Source of the DNA: Tubiluchus corallicola
Lineage: Eukaryota; Animalia; Priapulida
DNA length: 64,000 nt
Reading direction: 5' to 3'
NCBI GenBank assembly: GCA_030141605.1
Contig: JAQGDQ010000750.1
Location: 1 to 64,000, forward strand
Positions 51,237-64,000 of this stretch are shown here, in pieces. The translations under genes and the position numbers were made by a program. Position 1 is the stretch's first letter. Each line of letters starts with the position of its first letter. A model generated the notes under the pieces. The model did not search any database. It was not told the origin of the DNA and saw only the letters and a program-made list of their open reading frames with translations.

Positions 51237-51632
51237 TTAATATTACATTAAGTTTTTTGGCCAACAGAAGACAGCACCATTTTCAGCAGCTTGATTCACA
51301 AAGTGTACCTGGGCATGCAGGTATTCCTGCTACTCGCGTATGTTAATTTGCATATTAAGCATAGTAATAGAGTCTCGTCATGCAATCAGTCAGACAGTTA
51401 GTCAGTCAGGTTAGCATTTTATCGACGGGAGATTCTAACGTTTTTCTGGAGAAGTAGTAAAGTGTTTTTAAAATTAAAAAAAATGTGCCAGCTTTTAATA
51501 TATTATTATAATCTCGTGGAATCGTGGAATACCTTTGCCTTTCTCATGCTTTTAAACTAATAATAGTTAATTATAATTAATTATATTATATTAATTATTA
51601 AGTGTGGAGGAAACAAATTGCTTGTCGCGTGT

Positions 51633-52372
51633 TAAGTAGAAAGCGTGGAGGAAAGAAACTGTTTGTGGTGTATTAAGTAGAAAGTGTGGAGGAAAGAAAC
51701 TGTTTGTGGTGTATTAAGTAGAAAGTGTGGAGGAAAGAAACTGTTTGTGGTGTATTAAGTAGAAAGTGTGGAGGAAAGAAACTGTTTGTGGTGTATTAAG
51801 TAGAAAGTGTGGAGGAAAGAAACTGTTTGTGGTGTATTAAGTAGAAAGTGTGGAGGAAAGAAACTGTTTGTGGTGTATTAAGTAGAAAGTGTGGAGGAAA
51901 GAAACTGTTTGTGGTGTATTAAGTAGAAAGTGTGGAGGAAAGAAACTGTTTGTGGTGTATTAAGTAGAAAGTGTGGAGGAAAGAAACTGTTTGTGGTGTA
52001 TTAAGTAGAAAGTGTGGAGGAAAGAAACTGTTTGTGGTGTATTAAGTAGAAAGTGTGGAGGAAAGAAACTGTTTGTGGTGTATTAAGTAGAAAGTGTGGA
52101 GGAAAGAAACTGTTTGTGGTGTATTAAGTAGAAAGTGTGGAGGAAAGAAACTGTTTGTGGTGTATTAAGTAGAAAGTGTGGAGGAAAGAAACTGTTTGTG
52201 GTGTATTAAGTAGAAAGTGTGGAGGAAAGAAACTGTTTGTGGTGTATTAAGTAGAAAGTGTGGAGGAAAGAAACTGTTTGTGGTGTATTAAGTAGAAAGT
52301 GTGGAGGAAAGAAACTGTTTGTGGTGTATTAAGTAGAAAGTGTGGAGGAAAGAAATTGGTTGTGGTGTATTA
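51633..52372. repeat. 41-bp tandem repeat, about 18 nearly identical copies
   Basis: ttaagtagaaagtgtggaggaaagaaactgtttgtggtgta unit. Confidence 0.97.
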
Positions 52373-52427
52373 AATTTAATTTAAGATATTGGTTTCTCAC
52401 GCTGTTTTCATTTCCATTATCTTTCAG

Positions 52428-52637
52428 AACAAGTGCTCGCGCTGTACGACTACACGGCGATGAACGAAGATGAACTTACGTTCAACAAGGGCTGCGTGAT
52501 CAACGTCACGAACAAGCAAGATGACAACTGGTGGCAGGGGGAGCTGAACGGCACCACCGGGTTGCTTCCCGCTAATTACGTGCAGTCGCTTAACGAAGCT
52601 CAGCCTCTTCATACGGCTTCGCCCGTGCCTAATCAGT
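52428..52637 (+). CDS. ITSN1: Intersectin SH3E exon ([21 protein letters not shown]...PANYV...PNQ), phase 1-1
   Basis: tttcag acceptor, t|gtaagt donor; complete SH3 consensus. Confidence 0.96.
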
Positions 52638-53072
52638 GTAAGTGGCTTCTTTCGTAAATATTACGCGTTAACGATTTGCTTTCTTTTATGTGCTAGAGAT
52701 GTTTTTTTTTGTGTCTGACCCCTTTACCTTCTAGGTTGTTATGCCTTCCAAAGCATGCAGCAAATTCTACGGTTTCTTTTAGATTTTGCTTGTAGAAATT
52801 TTAGTTTTTTAAATAAAAGAACTGACGACAGCAGCTTCATTTTGCTTCGTAGTTTTCATATCTGACTGATGTCAAAAGTTTTAAATTTGGAAATTACAGA
52901 TGCTTTTTCCTGCAAGTTTTCTTTTGTCTCTGAAACACGCTTATCCTGCGTTTTCTAACGTTTATAAATTTATGCTGCGCTACTCTAATGTACGCCAGCG
53001 CCATCTGTTTTTTCAGAGTAGAATCGCTGAAGTCTTTTTTGACTTACCTCTTTTTTTCTCTCTCTTCTGCAG

Positions 53073-53400
53073 GATGTCTTTGGAAGGCATAACAGCTACA
53101 CCGGGGGCCCGCCCATCTCAATCTCCGCTTGTGATATGGCAGCAAACATCTTCGTCTGTGGCGACGGCGATGGCGACGGCTTTCCGGCAACCGAGAAGGC
53201 ATCTAAATGTGCAAAAAACTCCGCTTGAATATTCTGCATAGTTAGAGCCTATTGAGCAAAGAAGAAGAATTTTCAATAAAAGTAGTTCCTGCATAGTAGA
53301 GTCTATTGAGCAAAAAAGAAGAATTTTCAATAAAAGTAGTTCCTGCATAGTAGAGTCTATTGAGCAAAAAAGAAGAATTTTCAATAAAAGTAGTTCCGCG
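53073..53400 (+). other. ITSN1: Alternative terminal exon of the short isoform (junction makes T|GA stop; rest is 3' UTR; end approximate)
   Basis: strong pyrimidine tract plus tgcag acceptor followed by GA; AATAAA at 53275, 53329, 53383. Confidence 0.72.
53234..53396. repeat. 54-bp tandem repeat x3, each unit with AATAAA
   Basis: ctgcatag at 53234, 53289, 53343. Confidence 0.9.
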
Positions 53401-54054
53401 TTAACAAACTTGATGCCAATTATGATTATAAATAGGAATTATAATTATAGCATATTTATGCGTAACATGAAGTATACAAAAGCAATATAGTGGGCAGTAT
53501 TCCACATAAAATGGTGCAATATGAATGCATTAGATTTACTTTATACAAATTTACACATTGTTTAGCTGTTAGCTGTACAAGCTGTTGTGATTTTGATAGT
53601 ATAAATTTTAGGAGTTAAATAATTTTTTTGGTTTTATGTCTTCATACGCTTGCATAATCATTCTAAAACATGTAGGTATATGTGTGCAGTTTTTTTTTGC
53701 ATCGCCATGATTGTTGCGATTCATCGTACGTCATTATGTAAGGATGTTGTGACGTCATTTTCTGTTCCCGACTCTAAATATTCACTTTCTGTTATTCTTT
53801 GGCGTTTGATCTTGATTTGGGCAGAGAATACTGGAGCCTACAGCCTTGCAAAATATTATTAATGGCTGTTGTAGTGATTTAGAAAAGGAAATTTGAAATT
53901 GTCAAAGGTTGTTGTTTATCGCTTAACTGAAACTGCTAGCATGTATCGAGATTAAAGCACCACAGTTCTTACCGTAAAGCACAGTTATGTTATATGCTTA
54001 ACTCAATAGCTATAGTATACTTTGTCAACACAACAATACTGTAAACTACACCTT

Positions 54055-54410
<356 letters not shown>

Positions 54411-54538
54411 TTATTTTGTGCGATTTTGACATCAAGAAGCAGGAATATCATTGTATATCTCTTCTATCTAGCATAATTCATTTCGAAAACTTTGTTTCTT
54501 TGACCAAACCGCTGCCTGTTATATTCATATTTAGTTAA

Positions 54539-55183
54539 AGCACAAGAAAACGCTCCACTTACATGAAGCTTAAAATTGAAGCTTCGTCTTAAAATTTTAT
54601 GCCACTTACGTACTACCTCTTTGCACGCAGGGCTTGCATCGGCAGTAACGATGTATAAACCTTGTAATGCTTTATGTGCTTAATTGCTTTATACATGCTG
54701 TATACAAGTTTGATAAAAGTTCAGGTAACATTGCATAATCAGAAAATTCGTAGCACAAACGTTACTAACTAAGTAAAATTTTAAATTATTGTATCTTGTC
54801 AGTAAGATTAAAAATACGTTTTTGGCTAGTGAGTGGCGCGCCCTGGAGGTCAGCGACATTTTACCAATTGGCACAAACATTTTAAATTATCATTTTTAGT
54901 TACATAAGTCTTTCCAGCAGATAATCTAGATAAGTAACATAGATTTGCATGGAAAGTTTTTTGGGACATAATTTAACATTTCCTTTTCTTCCCCCGATTT
55001 ACGTTTGCGTAGTGACGTCATGTAATGGCACCGACGGAACAGTATTGCGGGACATTTAAAGCTAAACAAGCACAAATTCCTATCAACACGAGTACGATAT
55101 ATGCATAAAATTGCTGTAAAGTAATATAATATTTTAAGACGATTTTTCTGAAACCTTTTTTAGGTGCCCCTTTTCTTTTCCTA
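54539..55183 (-). mobile_element. Inverted copy of the 48934-49607 family
   Basis: reverse-complement similarity throughout. Confidence 0.7.
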
Positions 55184-55739
55184 TAACTTAAGTTTAAGCT
55201 GGCATAAAAATTTGTCAACCCTAACGATAGTTTTCCTTTCTATATGCTAGAAAATCTTGCTTTAAAGGGATGTGATTTACGCAATACTCAGAAATTGTTT
55301 TTAAGTACGCTCTTGCATGTTTATGACTAGAAATGTAGACGAATCATTGCGATACAAGTAATAACTAACCTAAGTGAAAATGCTTAAGCGAGATAGTCAC
55401 ACCAAAATGATATAATGTACATTTGTGTATTAGAGTTGTGGTGTAGCATATATACTCAGATATACTCAGTTACTCAACCGTTAGAAGTGGACTAATATAT
55501 GACATTAAATATTGTTACTGTAAATTTAATATCTGGTATCTTTGTATGTTTTGTCTTGTCCTGCTGGGGCTTTATGTTTGCATATAGAAAGCAACAAGCA
55601 ATCCATCGTTTTCTTTGGCACAAGAATGTATTAACTAGCAAGAAAATAAGTCTCTTAACGTAACACTTCGATTATTTAATGCTTACGTTACCAGCATATT
55701 TATGCACAGTAGCAAAACTTGGGGTTTATCGATTACTCA

Positions 55740-56293
55740 AGAAAAGCTGACTGACATTTTTCTTTAGAAGTCTTCCTAGGAATGTTTTAAAGATAAAATG
55801 GCCGTACATAATCAAAAATGAAGATGTATACACCAGAACAGAAGAATTTTCATGAAGTTCAAAAGTCAAGATCTGAAGATTAAGATGGCTAGGACATCTT
55901 CTAAGATTACCAAATGAAGAACCAGTAAGAATCACCTTAAAGGAAGCCTTAAAATCTTGCAAAACACCACCTGACAAACCAAGAACAAGTCGGATAACTA
56001 AGATAAATAAAGACGTTCAACAACTTCAACCAATTCCATCTTTAGGAGTAGAAGAGCTTACGATGTTAGATGCAGATAGAAGAGGGTGGAATGTGCTAAC
56101 AAATGTTGATGCATCAATGACTACAGCAGACAGAATGAGACTTATGATGATGATGATGATGACGATGACGATGACGACGACGATGATGATGACGACGATG
56201 ACAATGATGATGATGACGACTACGATGATGACGATGATGATGGTGACGATGACGACGATGATGATGACGATGACGACGACGATGATGATGATG
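55740..56293 (+). mobile_element. RTE-clade LINE 3' fragment with (GAT/GAC)n tail
   Basis: LKIKWPYIIKNEDVY..RLRWLGHLLRLP with in-frame stops, followed by a trinucleotide tail. Confidence 0.8.
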
Positions 56294-56674
56294 ATATTCA
56301 GCTTTAGCTCTTTTCTTCTTTGAAATCTTACAGCAAAGCAGCATGCGTACCTCTCACAATGCATAAAAGACTAACACAACTCACATTTCTTTGCTCCTGC
56401 TGCATTGAATGTTACTATTCTGTTTGGAGAAATCTTCGAATGAAATTTACTCTTGTATATAACAATTGTCAAGTCGTTTCAGTGTGACAGCAGCAGATCT
56501 TTTAGTAGTGCGGGTTTGAGTCATAACTTGTAATATTCTTCAAGTTATGATGGCATTTTGAAAATTTGCATTTTGTCTTTGCGATTTATTTGGTTGCAAC
56601 CCCTGAACCGCACAAGTTATTGCAAAAACGATATCCGTGCGTACATAATATGAATATAAATTGCTGCTTCTTAA

Positions 56675-57265
56675 AGGAAGGCAGGATGATTTTTCATACA
56701 CTAACCCATTTTCAAGTCCGATAAAAAGTATACATTTTAACACAATTAATACTGCAAAAGTGTTTCTGATAATTAAATAATAGATTAAAAACTTAATTAA
56801 TTGAGGGCGAGTCCAACATCACAAACTAACATAATTTTCAAAAGCAAAAATATTCCACGAGCATGTTGCGCGTGTTTGCAAAGCGAAAATTGAAGTACAG
56901 TGCTACTGTAAGATATTCAGTGTGTTGCATTAAAACTAGGCAAGTTTTAAGATAAAAATTTCAAATTTACCGCTATGCTCACGCATGAACTGTGAAATGT
57001 GTGTAGTGCATCACAAACTAACACATCTGTACTGAGATGTACAGCAGCTATTTTTGTGCAATGCATTTTCAAAATGCAGGCGATAGTGCCCGTCTAACTA
57101 GAGGGCAGTGAAATGCATGTAACAGCGAAGAATTAGTGTAAATTGTGTTTGTGTTGTAATAATTCTTTCACGTAAGTCATTCTTTAAAAAATAGTATATT
57201 TCCTTTCAATATTTTAAAGAGTAGATTGTTTTGACGCACAGTTGAAGATTGGATCCGGTTTTGCT
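56675..57265 (+). mobile_element. TTAA-flanked (Kolobok-like) non-autonomous element
   Basis: same family as 5017-6208. Confidence 0.7.
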
Positions 57266-57820
57266 TTAAATGCTTATGGACTGCAAATTTTACTTGAATT
57301 GTATTGATACAGCTTTACATTTACAAACATTTTGCTGTCAAAACAAGCTATGCTTAACTTTTGTTGGCTGGTGAAATAGGCACAAACAGGTTTTGATTCG
57401 ATTAACCGTGAAAAAATACAACTTAAAATCAAATAAAAACCGTCAAATGATCAAAAATTGCCACAGACAACCTTAAAGGATTGTGTCACGGAACACTTTT
57501 GAAAGTGTGAGCCAGGGATTCCGGCATTTTCTCTTAATTTTGCTCGAGAAGATTTCTGGTATTGGATTAAACCACTTGGAAAAGATCTGCACGAGTCAAG
57601 TTGTGAATGAATATGAATGACCTGTGGCCAGTGTTGCTGAACTAAAACTGAATGAGTTAATCCAGTACTGTAGCAAGTATCCTACAGTACTTGAGCAGTC
57701 TAAAGGCAGAGTAGTGGGGGGGGGGGCAGTTAAGGTCATATACTGAAAGAATTGCGCATCTAATGACTAAAGTCTGAAATTTTCTCCACGGTTTTCATAG
57801 ATCTTAAAGTTCTTTTTCAG

Positions 57821-57856
57821 ATGTGTTGGCATTTCAGATTCGACCTCTAGGACTAG
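57821..57856 (+). CDS. ITSN1: Candidate 36-nt phase 1-1 microexon (YVLAFQIRPLGLG) in the SH3E-DH linker
   Basis: ttctttttcag acceptor, tag|gtaaag donor, frame-preserving, no stop. Confidence 0.4.
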
Positions 57857-58114
57857 GTAAAGGGCAGAGACTTTCAGGCTGACAAATTGTTATTTTTTCT
57901 TACTTTTTCACAAACATAATGGAAATTCTCACTTCCTTAATGAAAGTTCATTAATGTTCTATTTGTACAGTCTTACTGTACATATAACTGCTGTACATAA
58001 TGTTTCAAAACATGAAAACATGAAAAATTTGCAAAAAAAAATAATTTTAGGCAACCTGTGAGTTATAGCAGTAGTTAAGCATCTTTAATAAAAACAAACG
58101 TGCACTTCTATCAA

Positions 58115-58408
58115 AGATATACATGATTACAATGAAGAATGATGATGAAAATACTGAAATAATGCCATCTTGAGGTCATTGACCTCTCAAGGTCACCACA
58201 GGTCAGATACAAAATACCTCCACGTCTGAAATAAAACCTGGGGGTATGAAGATCATATGCTGAAGATATACGTGATTACAATGAAGAATGATGGTGAAAA
58301 TACTGAAATAATGCGACCCTGAGGTCAATGACCTCTCAAGGTCACCACAGGTCAGATACAAAATACCTCCACGTCTGAAATAAAACCTGGGGGTATGAAG
58401 ATCATATG
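58115..58408. repeat. Tandem duplication of about 150 bp
   Basis: gattacaatgaagaatgatg...gtcagatacaaaatacctccacg twice. Confidence 0.85.
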
Positions 58409-59076
58409 GTGAAACTTTCATGCTTTAGTAATTAAACTCACAGTTGTTTTAGCTTACTAGCCCCCTGGGGTGTTTTTCATAGATATTGCTGATATACAAT
58501 TTACCTGAGTAAGATATGCGTTTAACTGACTTATAAGCTCTACTTTGTAGGGTACGTTGTGTTTAATACATCTTTTGTCAAACTGTTCTAGACTGTTTGA
58601 GTTACACCGAATTTAATTTAACCAATGTACATTCAGTGATACATAACACTAATAACAAAATGGCATACCAAAATGTTTAATGATGCATACAGGAATTATT
58701 GTGCTTAATAAAGAGCTCATTGTAAGTAGTGGTAATAACACTCGTTAGTAGTCACAATTCTTCGAGTGAGTGCCGTGTGCAGCGATATTGTTATTAAAAT
58801 TGACAAACAAACGTCCTGCAAAAGCGTTTTACACATAATCAGGGAATTGTTATTGTAATTTAACCAAAGTGTGTGCCAACAAGTATTGTACTCATTAACA
58901 AAGACATGAACAAGTACATGATTAAAGTATGTAAGTATCTAATAAGCGTACACGCAGTACTGAACAATCAATGACCGCTCTCCACTGTCTCTTGCTACCC
59001 CGTCTCAAATACTTCACTAAGTCTGCTATAGAAATAATAAGTTTGCTTTAAATAATTATTTTATTGGACTTTGTAG

Positions 59077-59189
59077 GGTACGTTGATGAGAAGACGTTAA
59101 GCTCCGAGGAGCGCCGACGTCAGGGAGCCATCCAGGAATTGGTGGCCACTGAAGAGTCGTACATGGCGGACATGTCCATTGTTATTGAT
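59077..59189 (+). CDS. ITSN1: Intersectin DH domain first exon (WYVDEKTLSSEERRRQGAIQELVATEESYMADM), phase 1-0
   Basis: tgtag acceptor, gtgagt donor; matches ITSN1 [22 protein letters not shown]. Confidence 0.94.
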
Positions 59190-59928
59190 GTGAGTGCAGC
59201 TGAGAGTTTAGAATCATCTGTGTGCTTATAGAGCAAAATTCGTCCATAAGTCGGCCTTAAGTCGGCCTTAAGTCGGCCATTAAGCTTTCCTAGTTATTCA
59301 CATATCCTAAATCTCCATTTCATGAGGATCATTTTGATACCAAGTTCATCACTCTGTGTTATTTCTAAGCTGAGATAATCCACATTGAAGTTGAGGTGCA
59401 GGCTGCACACTGGAAAACATAATCTTGAGAAAATCACTGTTAAAGTCAGCCATTGTTTTTTGTTGCGCTTCTAGAAAACACTTAGTAACCGTACTTCACA
59501 ATTGCAGTACTAGTTTCAAGCCAGAAAAGTGTACACGGGTTTATAAAATTAGATTTTTAGTATTTTCTTAACATTTTCTTGATAATTTACTGCTAGAATA
59601 TAAAAGTCCGATATATTTAGCGCCTGATAAATCCTAAATCTCCATTTCACGAGGATCATTTATTATTATATTATTATTAATAAAGTATTAAAAAACGTCT
59701 TTGTTTACATTCGTGTTAACTTTTAAATGTTGCAAGTCTATCATTTCTTGATAAGTTTTATTTCAAACGATTGCGATTGCGTATCACTGAAACTTTCGAG
59801 TTTAACTTAATATAGTTAAGGAATTATAATCAAACATGTTTTTTTACTTTTTGAAATAAATACAACTTGTTTGATGGTAAAAAAACTTTAAAAACATTAA
59901 ATTTTTATAATTTTTGCTTCTTTTCCAG

Positions 59929-60035
59929 GCATTTCAAACTCCTATGTTGGCTGGCAAGGCTTTGAACAAAGTTGAAGTGTCGCTCATATTTGTCAATTGG
60001 AAGGAACTGATTCATTGCAATAAGTTACTATTAAA
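59929..60035 (+). CDS. ITSN1: Intersectin DH exon (AFQTPML...IFVNWKELIHCNKLLLK), phase 0-2
   Basis: ttccag acceptor; weak aa|gttacg donor required by phase; IFVNWKELI motif. Confidence 0.92.
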
Positions 60036-60124
60036 GTTACGTAAACATTTGTAATGTATTTGCAAGTTAGTTAAGAATTTAATTAAGTTATGAACTTATG
60101 CAGCTGATATACTTACCTGATATC

Positions 60125-60202
60125 GTCTGCGGCCATATCACGTTCAAAACACCGGTTCTCGTCTGATCACCAAAGTTAAGCAACGTAGAGCCTGGTTAGT
60201 AC
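60125..60202 (+). pseudogene. 3'-truncated 5S rRNA-like fragment (SINE3 head or 5S pseudogene)
   Basis: gtctgcggccatatcacg...gcctggttagtac, nearly identical to the 5S head at 25150-25269. Confidence 0.82.
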
Positions 60203-60501
60203 AGTTTTTATATACTTTTGCATAGGAGTGGCCAGTACTTGGGCGTTTTTGAGACAATTAGGCATCATGTATCCTTGATAGTTGGGTATTTTAAATTATG
60301 CATGAAACAAAGTAACTGATATTTTAAGTCCAGTTAGAGGCTCTCTATAATTGCAATTTCGGCCTAGGTGGCCCCAAAACCCCCGGCCTGTTTCAGAGTT
60401 TTTTGCAATTTCTCATTCTCATCCCTGTAAGTGGAGGGTTTTCTTGTGCCTTAAATTTTGCTTCATTAATCAGAATTTCCATTAATTATTGGTTTTTGTA
60501 G

Positions 60502-60574
60502 GTCGTTGAGAGTCAGAAGAAAAATGAGTTCCGGGGAGGTGATTACCATGATTGGCGACGTACTGTGTGAAAAT
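60502..60574 (+). CDS. ITSN1: Intersectin DH exon (SLRVRRKMSSGEVITMIGDVLCEN), phase 2-0
   Basis: tgtag acceptor, gtaagt donor; matches ALRVRKKM..MIGDIL. Confidence 0.93.
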
Positions 60575-62329
60575 GTAAGTCAATTCAATTCATTTATTAA
60601 CTCCGCAAGAATTATCAATATACAGTATTAAGAATACATGCAATATTATGTAACAAAGGAGAAGGGCAGAGAAGAACCCGTAGGTTATCTAGTCAGCCAC
60701 CCTTAAATAGCTAGGATTAAGTAAAATTAATTTTGGCACCGTTCTCAATTTAAATTTGAATTGTGTTGACGTAATTAAACCTTCTGCTTTCATAATGTAC
60801 ATAATTGTAGATCTAGTAAATCTCACTTTCATGCTGTCTCACTTTCTTGAAAATACATGTCCGATTAGCAAATTAAGTATTTGCCTCATCTAAATAACTG
60901 TATGAAGTACCCACGAAATTATGTATAAATTACTTCTGTAGTTCCGTTGTGTACGTATGTAAATAAAAAACTTGACTTGACTTGGCAAAGCTAGTAAATG
61001 CATTGAGCGAATTGTTCTGTTGACTGTTTTGTTTCTCTCGGAAGGCTCGTAGAGAAAACCAGAAAACACGTCATCAAATTAAACTAGTTTATTATGCGAG
61101 AATTCTACAACACAAAAGTATGAAAGAACGCGAAATGTTTACAGTAAATGTGATAATCTGGAAACTTGAAAGCGAGAAAGCGTATCTGAGAATCTGAGAA
61201 TACGAGAGAATGTGAGAGAATGAACTTGAGTGGGCAGCTCCGCCTTGTATATCAGTGCAAGGGAACAATCTAGAAATAGAAAGTTCTAGAAACTTCTACA
61301 AGGTAAGAAGGTTGTTCTACTGTACTATAGAACATTCCAGATATCCACAACATGAATAAAACCTGGTATGAAGTCCGAGGTAGAAATTAAGAGTTGAGAA
61401 AAGACGGGTCTTACGTAAAGTAGATGGCACAGGTTTCTCCCCAAAAAATGCTATAGGGAATATAGTTCTTCCCCACAAATAAGTGCACTGTAGGAAAGAG
61501 GTATAGTTTATCCCTGTTATGCGTGAAATGGATACAAAATGCCAGTTTAACGTTTTGACCAAAAGTTTCTTTATTCTGAAAGACAATTATTAACATTTAG
61601 TTTAACTTGCATTGAATAGAAGAAAATTAGTTTCATGATTAAATGTATTGCTATAACTAAGAACTGATGTAAAAATTATGTAGACTATATTGAAATACAT
61701 TAATAATAACTTACGTTGTTAGAGCCTTTAACAGTTACAAAGACAGGAATGAGAACTCCAAGTTGCCTTAAGAACAACGACGTCACAACAATAAATTCGT
61801 AAGAAATTCACAGTCATAATGCTCATCACAGTCAGAAAAATAGAGCAATGGCAGAGAGAACCAAAAGACGGGTAAAATGTCATACAACTACTACACCTGT
61901 AGCTCACGAAAGGCCAAAATGCTAATCTATTGAAGGATATTTAGGTGCTTCAATTTTAAAATAGTGACTACTGTAAAAAGCTGAATGCCTACTAAATAAA
62001 CAAACAGGTGGCAGCACCGTGGCACTAATTGAAAACTCAATTAAAACCAAAACAGGACCTATGCACCCACTACATTGCGGAATATAAGCTTTCCCAAAAT
62101 GTTACATTCAAATTGTAAACTGTTATTGTCGTGTCTTTACTTTCCTTTTCTTTGTTTTCTTTCACAGGAATGTTGTCATGAATTGTGTGTTTAGTTGAAT
62201 TGTAAATAAGTACATTGTGATGTTTTAATTCATCGTCTATTCATTTCATTCACTTACATACAGGAATCACCAAATTGGACAACAGATATTATAAGTAAAC
62301 CTTTTCGATTACAACCTTTCAGATACATT

Positions 62330-62760
62330 TAGTTGTGCCCAAAATATTGTGCAAGAATTTTGTCTTGTTCTCGACATTGTGCTAAAAACATTGTGCAGAA
62401 TTTAGCCTTGTTTTCGACATTGAACCAAAAACACTGTGCAGAATTTGGTCTTGTTCTTAACAATCTGCCGAAAACATTGTGCAGAATTTAGTCTTGTTCT
62501 TAACATTGTGCCGAAAACATTGCAGAATTTAGTCTTGTTCTCGATATTGTGCCGAAAACGTTGTGCAGAATTTAGTCTTGTTCTTAACATTGTGCCGAAA
62601 ACGTTGTGCAGAATTTAGTCTTGTTCTTAACATTGTGCCGAAAACATTGTGCAGAATTTAGTCTTGTTCTCAGGGTTGTGCTGAAAACATTGTGCAGAAT
62701 TTAGTCTTGTTCTCGACATTGTGCCACAAACATTGTGCAGAATTTAGTCTTGTTCTCCAC
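62330..62760. repeat. Tandem repeat of about 45 bp
   Basis: ttgtgcagaatttagtcttgttct unit. Confidence 0.93.
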
Positions 62761-62875
62761 AATGGTATTATTTTCATTTATGCTACGTGCAAGACGGTAT
62801 GTGTTGCTAACTTCCTCCTTACATCGGGCAATTCAAGCTCTGGATTTGAACCAGGTCGTTTTTCTTCTTTTTCAG

Positions 62876-62983
62876 CTGCCGCACATGTCACCGTACATTC
62901 GCTACTGCAGCAGGCAGTTGAGCGCAGCCAAACTGATTCAGAAAAAGTCAGAAGGAGATGACAACTTCAACATAATACACGGC
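62876..62983 (+). CDS. ITSN1: Intersectin DH exon (LPHMSPYIRYCSRQLSAAKLIQKK...), phase 0-0
   Basis: tttcag acceptor, gtaaga donor; matches LPHMQPYIRFCSRQL. Confidence 0.95.
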
Positions 62984-63154
62984 GTAAGAGAATTATTTTG
63001 AAGTTTGGTTACTGTACTAAGTTGAAACGCAAATACTGCTGCGATCACTTTTTTCAATAGAAGAAAAACTTGTGCTCTATTTTCAACCCGCTTGCACTCG
63101 TGACAATCAAATGCAAGTTTCTTCTTCGACTGGCAAATTTGTTTCTCTTTTCAG

Positions 63155-63253
63155 CAATGTTTGAAAGATCCTCGGACAAAAGGGATGCCGCTGAGTAGCT
63201 TTTTGCTGAAACCCATGCAACGAATTACCAAGTATCCACTGCTTGTAAAACGG
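63155..63253 (+). CDS. ITSN1: Intersectin DH exon ([33 protein letters not shown]), phase 0-0
   Basis: tttcag acceptor, gtgagt donor; DH conserved region 3. Confidence 0.96.
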
Positions 63254-63882
63254 GTGAGTTCATTTTGCCACTCATTTGTGATTCGGATCCCTTTTACCAT
63301 GTTATTTCCTTCGCGAATTGATCTCAGCTTCCTCGCGAAGATTTGACGACGCAAAATGACAAGTTTGAGCAATACAACAAAGCTGAAATGTAATGAACTA
63401 ATAGTAATAGGCCTTTTCACAGTTTCGTTGTACGCACGCACATTTACTGCAGGTCGAAGCTTAAGTGTACCATAGCAACGCGTTTTGGCTACAACCGTCA
63501 TGTCACATGTGGGTAAAGCAAAGCCGTCTGTCGCATCAGTCCAATAACTTGATTATTTTACATGGATTTTACTTAACTATGCATTAGTCTGTAAGGTTTA
63601 GTGATTTAGTAGTAGAATCTTGCTTGGGAACAAGAAAAATAAATTAGGTAGGGTTTAGTTAGCTGTTAAAACTGTTACTATTACAATAGCATGGGCTGCG
63701 AAGCATTGTCAAGTGTACACAAATGCGTTGCCTGGTACATTTAACCCTTGACCTTTTCACGATCATCATCAATCGCCGGAACTATGAAAAGGTTTATTGG
63801 CTAGATAGATTTTTTTAATCTTTGTTAATTTAAGAATATTAATGTGTTGTTTGCACTTGTGTTAAGTCAATTTTTTTCCTAG

Positions 63883-64000
63883 ATTTTGGATTATACTCCC
63901 GATCAGCATCCAGACTACGCCAACCTGCAAGACGCCCTCTGCCGAGCAGAGGAGCTCTGCGCCCAGGTGAACGATGGCGTTAGAGAGCAGGAGAATTCCG
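63883..64000 (+). CDS. ITSN1: Intersectin DH C-terminal exon ([12 protein letters not shown]...[18 protein letters not shown]), reaches window end
   Basis: cctag acceptor; matches AEELCSQVNEGVREKENS. Confidence 0.95.
   Translation, partial: MLDYTPDQHPDYANLQDALCRAEELCAQVNDGVREQENS

Noticed and set aside
7513-52372. Regularly spaced repeats resembling CRISPR arrays
   Set aside because: Units are head-to-tail with no unique spacers, no cas genes, eukaryotic intronic context.
52900-53241. ORF MSLEGITATPGARP... as a coding extension
   Set aside because: The incoming phase-1 junction creates TGA immediately, so this is most likely 3' UTR.

Overview
AT-rich animal (invertebrate-like) genomic DNA, not prokaryotic. 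The whole window lies inside one plus-strand, multi-exon intersectin gene (ITSN1/2 co-ortholog). I reconstructed 26 phase-compatible GT-AG coding exons by hand, running from the end of the coiled coil through SH3A-E into the DH (RhoGEF) domain; both ends of the gene are outside the window. Main points: (1) between the coiled coil and SH3A there is a block of symmetric phase-1 exons encoding five YDEVP motifs (Nck-SH2/YxxPhi-like), DPW/DPF/WxxF AP-2-type motifs and a PxIxIT-like site; (2) a two-exon antisense gene for a 268-aa secreted LRR-type protein is nested in the intron that splits SH3A; (3) two candidate microexons (30 nt and 36 nt); (4) a split-codon T|GA versus T|GG short/long isoform switch; (5) four minisatellite arrays that start inside an exon and multiply its splice donor. 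Introns hold many non-autonomous DNA transposons, a 5S-derived and a tRNA-derived SINE, RTE LINE remnants, minisatellites and a perfect 125-bp hairpin. All calls come from manual reading without searches; repeat boundaries are approximate unless a target-site duplication (TSD) is quoted.
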